Part shown: positions 18,820 through 28,695 of the stretch, one piece after another
Layout: every line of letters begins with the position of its first letter
Position numbering within the stretch: position 1 is the first letter of the stretch
Made by a program: the position numbers and the translations under genes
The notes under the pieces: model-generated
Databases searched by the model: none
What the model saw: the letters and a program-made list of their open reading frames with translations, nothing else
What the model was told of the DNA's origin: nothing
Assembly: GCA_040905425.1 (NCBI GenBank)
Contig: JBBDRO010000100.1
Span: forward strand, 66,953 to 130,952
Length of the DNA: 64,000 nucleotides
From: Gemmatimonadota bacterium
GTDB lineage: Bacteria > Gemmatimonadota > Gemmatimonadetes > Longimicrobiales > RSA9
Direction of reading: 5' to 3'

Positions 18820-19979
18820 GTGGCCACCTGGGCCGAACGACGCGCCACGCTGAGCAGCACGCCCACCCCGAGCAGGCTCACCAGGATGCTGGTGCGGCCG
18901 TAGGACATGAGCGGCAGCGTCACCCCGGTGGTGGGGATGAGCGCCGTGTTCACGAGCATGTGCAGCAGCGCCTGGACCACGATGAGGTTGGTCATGCCGA
19001 TGGCCAGGAGCGTACCGAAGAGGTCGGGCGCGCCGCGCGCCACGCGATAGCCCACCAGGGCAAAGAGGACGTAGAGCGTGACCACCATGAGCACGCCCAG
19101 GAAGCCCCACTCCTCGCCGATGGTGGCAAAAAGGAAGTCATTGTGCGGTTCGGGGAGGAAGCCGAACTTCTGCTGCCCGCGCCCGATGCCCCGCCCCAGG
19201 ATGCCGCCGCTGCCCAGCGCGATGAGTGCCTGGTTGATCTGATAGCTGACGCCCGCCGGGTCCTGCGCGGGATCGAAGAAGGCGGCCATGCGGCGCACCC
19301 GGTACGCCGCACCGCCCACGGCGTTCAGGAAGAGCGGCAGCCCCACCAGACCAAGCAGCAGGAAGTGGCCGATGCGGGCGCCGGCCGCGTACACCACCAG
19401 CACGCTGAAGAGGATGGTCAGCATGGCCGCCGACAGCGACGGCTCGAGGAAGATGAGCCCCGCCACGACGGCCCAGACGATGAGGAACGGACCCAGCCCC
19501 CGCGACAGGCTGTGCAGCCGGTCCTGCTTCTTCACCGCGATGGCCGCGGTCCACACGATCAGCACACCCTTGGCCAGCTCGGAGGGCTGCAGCGAGACCG
19601 GACCCACGACCAGCCAGCGCCGGGCGCCGTTGTCCTCGGGGGCAATGCCTTCGAGGCCCGGTATCAGGAGCACCACCAGCATGGCCGTGACCACGGCCAG
19701 CAGCGGCCAGGCCAGCAGCCGCAGGTGGCGGTAATCCAGGCGCGCGACCAGGGCCAGCGCCACCAGGCCGAGCGCCGCGCCCACCGCCTGCTGGACGAAG
19801 AAATGGTAGTCCGGCAGGCCGGCCACCTGCGCCTTCACGGCGCTGGCGCTGTAGAGACTCACCAGGCCGAAGGAGAGCAGCAGCACGGTCAGCGTGAGCA
19901 GCGCCGGCGCCTCCCAGCCCACGCTCAGGCGGCCCGGCCGCACCGCGGCGCATTGCAGCGCCATGGCCGCGCTACCCAT
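18816..19979 (-). CDS. ftsW: SEDS-family peptidoglycan glycosyltransferase FtsW
   Basis: Multi-TM SEDS protein (PSELAKGVLIVW, LPEPHNDFLFATIGEEWGF). The start is ambiguous between 19979 and 19964. Confidence 0.93.
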   Translation of the reverse strand: MGSAAMALQCAAVRPGRLSVGWEAPALLTLTVLLLSFGLVSLYSASAVKAQVAGLPDYHFFVQQAVGAALGLVALALVARLDYRHLRLLAWPLLAVVTAMLVVLLIPGLEGIAPEDNGARRWLVVGPVSLQPSELAKGVLIVWTAAIAVKKQDRLHSLSRGLGPFLIVWAVVAGLIFLEPSLSAAMLTILFSVLVVYAAGARIGHFLLLGLVGLPLFLNAVGGAAYRVRRMAAFFDPAQDPAGVSYQINQALIALGSGGILGRGIGRGQQKFGFLPEPHNDFLFATIGEEWGFLGVLMVVTLYVLFALVGYRVARGAPDLFGTLLAIGMTNLIVVQALLHMLVNTALIPTTGVTLPLMSYGRTSILVSLLGVGVLLSVARRSAQVAT

Positions 19980-21333
19980 GGGCGTTCTCCGGCGCCCGGG
20001 CGGCCAGCGCCTTGAAGCGGCGGCCACGTTCCTCGTAATCCCGGAACATGTCGAAGGAAGCGCAGGCGGGCGCCAGCAGCAGGGCGTCACCGGAACGCGC
20101 CAGCGCGGCGGCAGCCTCCACCACGTCCTCGAAGGGGCCGTCCACGCGCTCCACGTCCACGTGGGCCGCCAACGATTCCTCGATCAGCGCGGCCGCCTCG
20201 CCGTAGGCCACGACCGCCCGGACGCGGTCCTTCATATCGGCCAGCAGATCGGTGTAGGGCTCCCCCTTGTGGCGGCCGCCCAGCAGCAGCACGATGGGGC
20301 GCTCGACGGCCCGGAGCGCCACGCGCGTGGCGCCCACATTCGTCGCTTTGGAATCATTGATCCAGAGCACGCCGGCGCGCTCGCCGAGCACCTCCAGCCG
20401 GTGCTCCAGGCCGCGGAAGGAGGTGAGCCCCCCGCTCACGGCATCGATGTCCGCGCCCATGGCCAGGGCGGCCAGCGCGGCGGCCAGGGCATTGGCGTGG
20501 TTGTGCGCGCCGAGCAGGCTCAGTTCCGCCACGTTGGCCAGCGGCAGCCCGGCGCCGTGCAGGCTCACCACCAGGTTCCCGCCGGCGTCCACGAAGCCGC
20601 CGTCCTCGTCCCCGGCCAGCGGCGAGGCCACGCGGAACCAGAGGCGCTCCCCCGGCGCGTCCCCCACGAGCTCCCGCACGGCGGTGTCCTCACCATTCAA
20701 TACCCACGTGCTGGTAGCGTCCGCATTGTCGAACAGGTGCGCCTTGTCCGCGTAGTAGGCGGCCAGCGAGGGATACCGGTCCTGGTGATCGGGAGCCAGG
20801 TTGGTGACCACACCCACGAGCGGCGCGAAGATGTCCACCGCGCCCAGCTGGTAGGAACTGGCTTCCACGACCACCGCGTCGGGGGCGGGCTCGCGGAGCG
20901 CCACCTCGGAGAGGGCCGTGCCGATGTTGCCGGCGGAGGGGGCGTCCATGCCCGCGGCCTGGAGGAGATGCGCCAGCAGCGCCGTGGTGGTGGTCTTGCC
21001 ATTCGTTCCTGTGACGGCCGCGAGCGGGGCCGCGATGTAGCGCGCCGCATACTCCAGTTCGGAGACCACCGGCACGCCTGCCTCCCGCACCGCCTGGACC
21101 ACGGGTACGTCGAGTGGGATGCCGGGACTCACGACCACCAGCGTGCAGGCCTCCAGCTTGCGGGCGTCGTGGCCGCCGGTGGCGGCGTCGGCGCCGGCGG
21201 CGCGCAGTTCGGCCGCAGCACGCTCGAGCTCCGGCGTGGCGCCGCTGTCCGAGGCGTAGACCTGCTCGCCCCGCGCGAGCGCCAGGCGGGCGGCGGCCGT
21301 CCCGCTCCGGGCCAATCCCAGGACGCCGATCAT
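19972..21333 (-). CDS. murD: UDP-N-acetylmuramoylalanine--D-glutamate ligase
   Basis: MIGVLGLARSG..., VTGTNGKTTTTALL; 453 aa. Confidence 0.95.
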   Translation of the reverse strand: MIGVLGLARSGTAAARLALARGEQVYASDSGATPELERAAAELRAAGADAATGGHDARKLEACTLVVVSPGIPLDVPVVQAVREAGVPVVSELEYAARYIAAPLAAVTGTNGKTTTTALLAHLLQAAGMDAPSAGNIGTALSEVALREPAPDAVVVEASSYQLGAVDIFAPLVGVVTNLAPDHQDRYPSLAAYYADKAHLFDNADATSTWVLNGEDTAVRELVGDAPGERLWFRVASPLAGDEDGGFVDAGGNLVVSLHGAGLPLANVAELSLLGAHNHANALAAALAALAMGADIDAVSGGLTSFRGLEHRLEVLGERAGVLWINDSKATNVGATRVALRAVERPIVLLLGGRHKGEPYTDLLADMKDRVRAVVAYGEAAALIEESLAAHVDVERVDGPFEDVVEAAAALARSGDALLLAPACASFDMFRDYEERGRRFKALAARAPENAHG

Positions 21334-22436
21334 CGGATCTTAAGGGTGCTGAAGGCGGCCAGCGCGAACAGGATCCCCAGGATCCAGAAGCGCATGATGA
21401 CCTTGCTCTCCGCCCAGCCGACCTTTTCGAAGTGGTGATGTAGGGGGGCCATCCGCAGGATCCGGCGGCCCCTTCCATAGCGCCGCGCCGTGAACTTGAA
21501 CCAGCCCACCTGCGCCATGACCGACGCCGCCTCCATCACGAACACGCCGCCTACGATCACCAGGAGGAATTCGGTTTTCAACAGGATCGACACCACGCCC
21601 AGCGCCCCACCCACCGCCAGCGAGCCCGTGTCCCCCATGAAGACGTCGGCCGGGTGGGCGTTGTACCACAGGAAGCCGAGCGTGGACCCCGCCAGAGCCA
21701 GGCAGAAGATGGACAGTTCACCGCTGCCCGGCAGATAGATGAGACCCAGGTAGGAGGACGTGTCCACGCGGCCGATCACGTAGGCGAACATGCCGAACGC
21801 ACCCGCCGCGATGGCGCCCAGGCCGCCGGCGAGACCGTCCAGCCCATCCGTGAGGTTCACCGCGTTGGAGCTGCCCGCCACCACCAGCATCACCCACGGG
21901 ATGAAGAGCGGCCACCACATCCACAGCCGCCAGTCGGCGAAGAAGGGGATGCTCGTCTCCGTCACCGGGAAATCGACCGGCGGGAACAGCAGGAGGAAGA
22001 CGGCCACCAGCAGACCCACCAGTCCCTGGCCCACCAGCTTGTAGCGGGCCACGAGTCCCTCGGTGCGGCGGCGGACCACCTTCAGGTAGTCGTCCAGGAA
22101 GCCGAGCACCCCCAGCCACACCAGCACCACCATGGCGATGGTCGTGTACGGGTTGACCAGCTCCGCCCAGAGAATCGTGGTGAGCACGGTGGGAACGATG
22201 ATGAGCACCCCGCCCATGGTGGGCGTGCCGGCCTTCACCAGGTGGCTCTGCGGCCCCTCCTCGCGCACCACCTGTCCCACCCGCAGCTGCCGCAGGTAGC
22301 GGATCATGGGCGGGCCCATGACGAAGGAGACCAGGATGGCCGTGGCCATCCCCCCCGCAGCACGGAAGGTGATGTAGGAGAACAGATTGAACGCAATGTG
22401 CCGTTCGGCCAGGGGCGGCAGGAAGTATTCGAACAC
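21330..22436 (-). CDS. mraY: Phospho-N-acetylmuramoyl-pentapeptide transferase
   Basis: GTPTMGG, NAVNLTDGLDGLA and HHHFE motifs; 368 aa. Confidence 0.97.
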   Translation of the reverse strand: MFEYFLPPLAERHIAFNLFSYITFRAAGGMATAILVSFVMGPPMIRYLRQLRVGQVVREEGPQSHLVKAGTPTMGGVLIIVPTVLTTILWAELVNPYTTIAMVVLVWLGVLGFLDDYLKVVRRRTEGLVARYKLVGQGLVGLLVAVFLLLFPPVDFPVTETSIPFFADWRLWMWWPLFIPWVMLVVAGSSNAVNLTDGLDGLAGGLGAIAAGAFGMFAYVIGRVDTSSYLGLIYLPGSGELSIFCLALAGSTLGFLWYNAHPADVFMGDTGSLAVGGALGVVSILLKTEFLLVIVGGVFVMEAASVMAQVGWFKFTARRYGRGRRILRMAPLHHHFEKVGWAESKVIMRFWILGILFALAAFSTLKIR

Positions 22437-22438
22437 GC

Positions 22439-23953
22439 TCAGCCCTCCGTGTCCGTGGCGCCGCCGGCGCCGGCAGAAGTTCCGGGATGGGGGCGCTCCG
22501 CCGGATGCGCTTCATCACGCTCTCCGGTGCGCGTCATGCTCGCCCGCGGCCCATGGGCCTCCCCGTGCGGGTGGAGCACCCCCATACCCAGTTGTTCCAG
22601 GCGCGGCAGCAGGCGCTCCAGCGCCACGCCGCGCGATCCCTTGAGCAGTACCGTTTCGGTGCCGCCGAGCCGCTCCGACAGCGGCTCCCAGACGGCCTCG
22701 GCGTCGGCGGCCGTGAGCAGCCGCTCGCCCAGCTCGTCCCGGAGCGGCTCGAAGGCCGCCACGAACGCTCCGGTGGCCACGATCAGGTCCACGTCGTGCG
22801 CGGCCGCCTGGCGCGCCGCTTCCGCGTGCACCGCGTCACTCTCGGCGCCCATCTCCAGCATGCTGCCCAGGACCGCCACACGGCCGCCGACGCGGGGCAG
22901 ACCCACGAGCAGCTCCAGCGCGGCCGCCGTGCTGCCCGGGTTGGCGTTGTAGCAGTCCGCCACCACGGTGAGGCTGCCGTAACGGTGCATCTCCCCGCGC
23001 ATAGCAGACGCCGGCAGCTCGCGGAGCGCGGCCACGGCGGCGTCCGGATCCACGCCCCACGCCTGGCCCAGTTCCAGGGCCAGCAGCGCATTGCCGGCAT
23101 TGTGCCGGCCGCGTAGCTGGAGCTGGACCTGCCGGCCGCGCCAGGTGAAGGACACGCGGCCTTCCCCGTCCAGGGCCACCTGGCTGCCGCGCGCCTCGGG
23201 CGGCGCGCCGCTGCCCGTACCGGCCACCGTGACGGCGTCGTGCAGCGCGCGCACGCGCTCGGCCAGTGCGGCCGGCTCGTCCGTCACCACCGCGGGCGCA
23301 CCGGCGGGCAGCCAACTCACGATGGACGTCTCTTCGCGCAGCACGCCGTCCAGGCTGCCGAGCCCCTCGAGGTGCTCCGCGGAGACGCTCGTGATGATGG
23401 CCGCGTCCGGCTCGCAGATGGCGGCGATCTCGGCCACCTCGCCGGGGATGTTGGTGCCCACCTCGGCCACCACCACCTCCGTATCCGACGGCGTGGCGAG
23501 CAGCGTGAGCGGCACCCCGATCTGGTTGTTCAGGTTGCCGGTGGTGGCGTGGACCCGATAACGGGCGCCCAGCACGGCGCGCAACAGGTCCTTGGTGGTG
23601 GTCTTGCCGTTCGAGCCGGCCACGACGCAGACGCGGGCGCCCACGACGCGCCGCCGGCAGCGGCCCAGCCGGCCCAACGCCGCCAGGGTGCTGTCCACCC
23701 GGTAGTAGCGCAGCGTCCCGGGGGCGCCGTCGGGCAGCCGCTCCACCACCGCGCCCGTGGCGCCCGCTGCGGCGGCGTCCGCCAGGTGATCGTGACCGTC
23801 GTGGCGCTCGCCGCGCAGCGCCACGAAGAGGTCCCCCTCCGCCAGCGTGCGGGTGTCCGTGCTCACCGCCCCGTGCGCCAGCCCATCCTCCTCGGGCGCG
23901 CCCAGACCCAGCGCGGCGCACACCGCGGCCTCCGTCCAGGGACGCGCGCTCAT
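22439..23953 (-). CDS. murF: UDP-N-acetylmuramoyl-tripeptide--D-alanyl-D-alanine ligase, with a low-complexity C-terminal tail of about 50 aa
   Basis: VAGSNGKTTTKDL and the Mur ligase C-domain ending LLKGSRGVALERLL, followed by the extra tail GMGVLHPHGEAHGPRASMTRTGERDEAHPAERPHPG... Confidence 0.93.
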   Translation of the reverse strand: MSARPWTEAAVCAALGLGAPEEDGLAHGAVSTDTRTLAEGDLFVALRGERHDGHDHLADAAAAGATGAVVERLPDGAPGTLRYYRVDSTLAALGRLGRCRRRVVGARVCVVAGSNGKTTTKDLLRAVLGARYRVHATTGNLNNQIGVPLTLLATPSDTEVVVAEVGTNIPGEVAEIAAICEPDAAIITSVSAEHLEGLGSLDGVLREETSIVSWLPAGAPAVVTDEPAALAERVRALHDAVTVAGTGSGAPPEARGSQVALDGEGRVSFTWRGRQVQLQLRGRHNAGNALLALELGQAWGVDPDAAVAALRELPASAMRGEMHRYGSLTVVADCYNANPGSTAAALELLVGLPRVGGRVAVLGSMLEMGAESDAVHAEAARQAAAHDVDLIVATGAFVAAFEPLRDELGERLLTAADAEAVWEPLSERLGGTETVLLKGSRGVALERLLPRLEQLGMGVLHPHGEAHGPRASMTRTGERDEAHPAERPHPGTSAGAGGATDTEG

Positions 23954-25419
23954 GCGCCCCTCGCGGCCGTGAGCTCCGCCACCACGTCCCGCTCGTCAAA
24001 GGGGCGCTTCTCGGTGCCCACGATCTGATAGGTCTCGTGCCCCTTGCCGGCCAGCAGGATGACGTCCTCGGGGCCGGCCAGCTCGAGTGCGCGGCGGATG
24101 GCGGCGCGCCGCTCCACCACGCGCTCGAAGCCCGCGGACATCCCCGCGGTGATGTCATCCACGATGGCGGCGGGATCCTCGGTGCGTGGATTGTCCGAGG
24201 TCACGATGGCCAGGTCGGCCAGCGCCGAGGCCACCCGCCCCATCTCGGCACGCTTGCCCCGGTCCCGGTCCCCACCGGCGCCGAACACCACCAGCAGGCG
24301 GCCCGGCGTGAGCGTCCGTAGAGCCTCCAGCACGCCCGCCAGCGCGGCCGGGGTATGGGCGTAGTCGCGATAAATGGGACATGGCGCCTCGGCAATGCGC
24401 TCCAGCCGCCCCGGTACCTGCGGGATGCCCGCCAGCCGGTCCGCCACCTCATGGCGGCTGAAGCCCAGCGCCAGGCAGGCGGCCGCCGCGCCCAGGGCGT
24501 TCTCCACGTTGAAGCGGCCCACCAGCGGCAGTTGCACCGGGCTCTCGCCGTCGGCGCATACCAGCGCGAAGGAACTGCCCGCCGGACCGAGGTCCAGCCG
24601 TGCCGCCGTCACGTCGGCGGCCGTATCGGTGCCGATGGCAAAGGTGAGCGCGCGCGGCGCCGCGGCCGGAATGCCGGCCCATGCGGGGTCCTGGGCATTC
24701 ACAACGGCCGTGCCCTCGGGCTTCAGGTGATCCACCAGCAGACGCTTGGCCGCGGTGTACTCCTCCACCGTGCCGTGATAGTCCAGATGATCGCGCGTGA
24801 GGTTGATGAAGACACCCACGTCGAAGCGCACCGCGTGCACCCGCCCCTGGTGAAGCGCGTGGGAGGAGACCTCCATGGCCACGGCCGCCACGCCCTGATC
24901 CACGAGCACCCGGAGCGTGCGCGCCAGCTCCACGGGTCCCGGCGTGGTGAGTGAGGCGCCCTCCATGGGGCCGCTGCGCCCGAAGGCGCCCAGCGTACCG
25001 ATGGTGGCCGTGGGCCACCGTCCTTCCAGCAGGTGGCGCAGCACCCAGACCGTGGAGGTCTTACCGTTCGTACCCGTGACGCCCACCACCCGCAGCCGCT
25101 CCGCGGGGTCCCCGTAGAAGGCGGCGGCCACGGTGGCGGCGGCCCTGCGCCCGTCCCGCACCACGAGCTGCGGCACCGGCGTGTCGGAGGCCCGCTCCAC
25201 CAGGACGGCCGCCGCACCCGCGGCCACGGCGGCGGGCACGTAGTCGTGCGCGTCGGCCAGGCTGCCGGCCCAGGCGCAGAAGAGATCACCGGGCGCCACG
25301 CGGCGGCTGTCATCGGCCACGCCGCCGATGCGCGCGGCCCCGCCGCGCCGCTCCAGCAGCAGCCCCTCGGCCTCCAGCCGCGTGGCCAGCGTGGCCAGCT
25401 CCCGCGCGTCCCCGCTCAC
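23950..25419 (-). CDS. murE: UDP-N-acetylmuramoyl-L-alanyl-D-glutamate--2,6-diaminopimelate ligase
   Basis: VTGTNGKTST, plus a DNPR motif (VTSDNPRTEDP) typical of DAP-adding MurE. Confidence 0.95.
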   Translation of the reverse strand: MSGDARELATLATRLEAEGLLLERRGGAARIGGVADDSRRVAPGDLFCAWAGSLADAHDYVPAAVAAGAAAVLVERASDTPVPQLVVRDGRRAAATVAAAFYGDPAERLRVVGVTGTNGKTSTVWVLRHLLEGRWPTATIGTLGAFGRSGPMEGASLTTPGPVELARTLRVLVDQGVAAVAMEVSSHALHQGRVHAVRFDVGVFINLTRDHLDYHGTVEEYTAAKRLLVDHLKPEGTAVVNAQDPAWAGIPAAAPRALTFAIGTDTAADVTAARLDLGPAGSSFALVCADGESPVQLPLVGRFNVENALGAAAACLALGFSRHEVADRLAGIPQVPGRLERIAEAPCPIYRDYAHTPAALAGVLEALRTLTPGRLLVVFGAGGDRDRGKRAEMGRVASALADLAIVTSDNPRTEDPAAIVDDITAGMSAGFERVVERRAAIRRALELAGPEDVILLAGKGHETYQIVGTEKRPFDERDVVAELTAARGA

Positions 25420-27416
25420 CGGGACCCTCCCGTGACGACGCGCACCACGCCCGCCCGGCCGATGCTCTCGCCGGCGGCGGGATCGGTGTGCCGCACCGTG
25501 CCGCTGCCCTCGGCCCGCACCCGCATGCCCAGCGCGTGCAGCCGCGCCGCGGCGTCGCGCAGCGGCAGCCCCGTCACATCGGGAACCACACCCTCGGCAG
25601 CCATCCGCGGCGCCTCGGCCTGCGCCGCGCTGAGGCTCACGACCAGCGCGTCGCGTGTCCGTGCCGGCCAGCGGGCTTCCTCACGCGGGCCGCCGCCCTC
25701 GGGAAGCGCCGACGCGGCCACGGCCATGACGCGCTTGTCGAGCGGCGTGCCGCGCGCCGCCAGCGCCGCTTCCAACGTGGTCCGTGTGACGGGCGCCGCC
25801 GTAGCGCCGCCATAGTAGACGCCCTCCGGTTCGTCCAGTTTCACCAGGAACACGATCTGGGGATCCTCCGCCGGGAAGAAGCCGGCAAAGGAGGAGACGT
25901 ACGCCCCGACCCGGTACCCGCCGGCCGATGCCACGCGCGCCGTGCCCGTCTTGCCCGCCACCGCAAAGCGACCCAGTCCGGCCGCGCGGCCCGAGCCGTC
26001 GCGGACGGCATCAGCCAGCACGTCGCGGATGGCCGCCGTGACCTCGGTCGTGAACACGCGGCGGACTGGACGCGGGGAGAAAGCACGCTCCACCCGGCCG
26101 TTCCTGGAACGCACCTCCCGCACCAGCCGCGGCTCCATGAGCATGCCGCCGTTGGCCAGGGCACCGTACGCCAGCGCCATCTGCAGCGGTGTGACCGCCA
26201 CCTCGTAGCCGAACGCCAGGCTCTGCTGGGAGATGGCCGTCCATGTAGCGGGCCGATGCAGCAGGCCTGCCGACTCGACCGGGAAGGTCACCGCCGTGGG
26301 CGTCCCGAAGCCCAGACCACGCAGATAGGTGAAGTGGCGCTCGGCGGGCAGCCGCGCGCTCAGCTTGGCCATGGCAATGTTGGAGGAATTGCGCAGCGCG
26401 TCCGCCACGCTCATCCAGCCGGCGCCGTGCACGTCCCGGATGGGCTTCGACCGGTGCGGCGCCATGAAGTGGCCATCCTCACCGTAGACGCTGTCGGTCA
26501 GCGCCACCCTGCGCTCCTGCAGGAGCATGGCCACGGTGAAGGGCTTGATGGTGGATCCGGGCTCGTAGGGGTCGGTGACGGCCCGCCAGCCGCGCGCGCC
26601 GGCCGCACTCCGGCTCACCGCCGCCAGCAGCTCGCCCGTGGTCGGGTCCAATAGCAGCAGCTCGCCGCCGCGCGCGCCGGTGGCCTCCACCGCGTCGCGC
26701 AGCGCGTCGTTGGCAATCTCCTGGAGCTCGTAGTCGATGGTCAGGTAGACGTCGCGCCCGGGCGTGGGCTCCCGCACCATCACCGTGGCCCCGGGGATCA
26801 CCCGCCCGCGGGAATCCCGCCCCACGGTGGCCTGGCCGTCCGTGCCAGCCAGAATGCTGTCCAGCTCCTCCTCGAGTCCGCCCAGCGGCACGCCGTCCCC
26901 CGCCACGCGGCCCAGCACTTCACGGGCCAGCTCGCCGTGCGGATAGAAGCGCTCCGAGACGCGGGTGATATGGATGCCAGGGACGCCCGCCAGCGCGTCG
27001 CGGGCGCGGCCGTCGTAGCGCCCCGGGATCGGCACCCAGCTGTCCCTCGTGAGCCGGCGCGCACGCGCCTCACTGAGCCTTGTGTGCCGGCGGAGGAGCA
27101 CCAGCACGGCCGCCGTGTCACGCATCTCCCGCGGCGCCACCGCCACCGTCCAGGCGCTCCGGCTGGCCGCCAGCGGCACGCCGTCGCGGTCGTAGATGCC
27201 GCCGCGCGCGGCCGGCAGCGGCACGCGGTCCGCCTGCTGGTCCAGCGCGCGGGAGTGGTAGTTGCCCCACTCCACCACCTGCAGCTGCGCCGCCCGCGCC
27301 ACCACGGTGAGCGCGGCCAGGAGGATGCCCGCCAGCAGCAGGCGGCGCCGCATGGGCGTGGCCCGCACGCCCTCACCGGAACGCTCCGCACCGGCGCGGC
27401 TCGCACGCCCGCTCAC
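25416..27416 (-). CDS. ftsI: Class B penicillin-binding protein FtsI/PBP3 with one C-terminal PASTA domain
   Basis: Transpeptidase motifs STIKPF, SSN and KTGT. The C-terminal VPDVTGLPLRDAAARLHALGMRVRAEGSGTVRHTDPAAGESIGRAGVVRVV fits the PASTA pattern. Confidence 0.93.
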   Translation of the reverse strand: MSGRASRAGAERSGEGVRATPMRRRLLLAGILLAALTVVARAAQLQVVEWGNYHSRALDQQADRVPLPAARGGIYDRDGVPLAASRSAWTVAVAPREMRDTAAVLVLLRRHTRLSEARARRLTRDSWVPIPGRYDGRARDALAGVPGIHITRVSERFYPHGELAREVLGRVAGDGVPLGGLEEELDSILAGTDGQATVGRDSRGRVIPGATVMVREPTPGRDVYLTIDYELQEIANDALRDAVEATGARGGELLLLDPTTGELLAAVSRSAAGARGWRAVTDPYEPGSTIKPFTVAMLLQERRVALTDSVYGEDGHFMAPHRSKPIRDVHGAGWMSVADALRNSSNIAMAKLSARLPAERHFTYLRGLGFGTPTAVTFPVESAGLLHRPATWTAISQQSLAFGYEVAVTPLQMALAYGALANGGMLMEPRLVREVRSRNGRVERAFSPRPVRRVFTTEVTAAIRDVLADAVRDGSGRAAGLGRFAVAGKTGTARVASAGGYRVGAYVSSFAGFFPAEDPQIVFLVKLDEPEGVYYGGATAAPVTRTTLEAALAARGTPLDKRVMAVAASALPEGGGPREEARWPARTRDALVVSLSAAQAEAPRMAAEGVVPDVTGLPLRDAAARLHALGMRVRAEGSGTVRHTDPAAGESIGRAGVVRVVTGGSR

Positions 27417-27769
27417 GGCCGGCCTCCGCTACCCATGACGACCGCACCGCGCTCCAGCGCCACACCGCCCGCGACCGGCTCGGGCGGCGACACTGAGACG
27501 GGCAGGAACACGATCTCCGCGGTGCTGGGCACGCGCATGCCCAGGCGCTCACCAGCGTCACGCACCACGCGCGTCCGGCTCTCCAGCCACTGGATGGAGG
27601 CGGCCAGCGCCGCGCGCTCGGCCTCCACCACCGCGCGCTCGCTGCGCAGGGCGTCCAGCTCGCGCAGCGTCACCAGCGCGGCGCTCTGGCGGTGCACCAC
27701 GAGCGCCAGCGCGCCCAGCAGCGCCGCGAAGGCCAGCGCCATCCGGAGCGTCCCCTGCGCGCTGCTCAT
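27413..27769 (-). CDS. ftsL: Cell division protein FtsL
   Basis: Start at MSSAQGTLRMALAFAALLGALALVV, a 4-nt overlap with the rsmH stop. TM segment plus coiled coil, in the canonical position between rsmH and ftsI. Confidence 0.65.
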   Translation of the reverse strand: MSSAQGTLRMALAFAALLGALALVVHRQSAALVTLRELDALRSERAVVEAERAALAASIQWLESRTRVVRDAGERLGMRVPSTAEIVFLPVSVSPPEPVAGGVALERGAVVMGSGGRP

Positions 27770-28695
27770 GCGGCCTTCCTCCAGCCCCGCAACCGCGCGC
27801 TCCGGGCCCTGGGGTTGGCCGCCACCTCGTCCTGGGCGGCCTCCACCGGCTTGCGCGTCAGCGTCTCCCCGAGCGCCTCCCCGCGGCACATGCACACGGG
27901 CAACTCCGGCGGACAGACGCACGCCCGGCTCCACGCGCGGAAGGCATGCTTCACGCGCCGATCCTCGAGCGAATGATAGGAGAGCACCGCCAGCACACCG
28001 CCGGGACGGAGCGCCTCGCGCAGCGCGGGCAGCGCACGGTCCAGAGCATCCAGCTCGGCGTTCACGGCTATGCGGAGCGCCTGGAAGATGCGGGCAAAGT
28101 CGGCGGGGCCGGAGCGCGGCCCCAGCACGGCGCGCACCGCGCCCACCAGATGGTCACTGGTGGTGAACGGAAGATTCCTGCGGCGACGCACCACCTCGGC
28201 CGCCAGGCGCCGGGCGCGGCGCTCCTGGCCGAAGTGATGGAAGATGTCGGCCAGCTCGGCCTCGGACGCCTCGTTCAGCAGGTCGGCGGCGGACACCGCG
28301 TCCTCGGCCGCCCCGGCCATACGCATGTCCAGCGGCGCGCCCTCGCGGAAGGTGAAGCCGCGCCGGTCGGCGTCGATCTGGTGGGAGGAGACCCCCAGGT
28401 CGAGCAGCGCTCCGGCCAGGCGCACGTCCAGCCGCTCCGCCGCGTCGGCGAAGCTGGCGCGCACCAGCTCCAGGCGCTCTCCGAACCGTGCCAGCCGGCG
28501 TTCAGCCACCTGCAGTGCCTCCGGGTCCCGGTCCACGCCTACGACCCGCGCATCCGCGCCGGTCTCGAGTATGGCCTCCGTGTGCCCCCCGCCCCCCAGC
28601 GTACCGTCGAAAAAGGTGCCTCCGCGCGCCGGGTCGAGCAGCTCCAGGACCTCCCGGACCATGACCGGCACGTGGTAGCTCGCGGGCGTCTCCAC
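27766..28695 (-). CDS. rsmH: 16S rRNA (cytosine1402-N4)-methyltransferase
   Basis: GTG start at VETPASYHVPVMVREVLELL. Contains DGTLGGGGH, and YHSLEDRRVK near the C-terminus. The upstream 74 aa of the track ORF overlap mraZ. Confidence 0.93.
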   Translation of the reverse strand: METPASYHVPVMVREVLELLDPARGGTFFDGTLGGGGHTEAILETGADARVVGVDRDPEALQVAERRLARFGERLELVRASFADAAERLDVRLAGALLDLGVSSHQIDADRRGFTFREGAPLDMRMAGAAEDAVSAADLLNEASEAELADIFHHFGQERRARRLAAEVVRRRRNLPFTTSDHLVGAVRAVLGPRSGPADFARIFQALRIAVNAELDALDRALPALREALRPGGVLAVLSYHSLEDRRVKHAFRAWSRACVCPPELPVCMCRGEALGETLTRKPVEAAQDEVAANPRARSARLRGWRKAA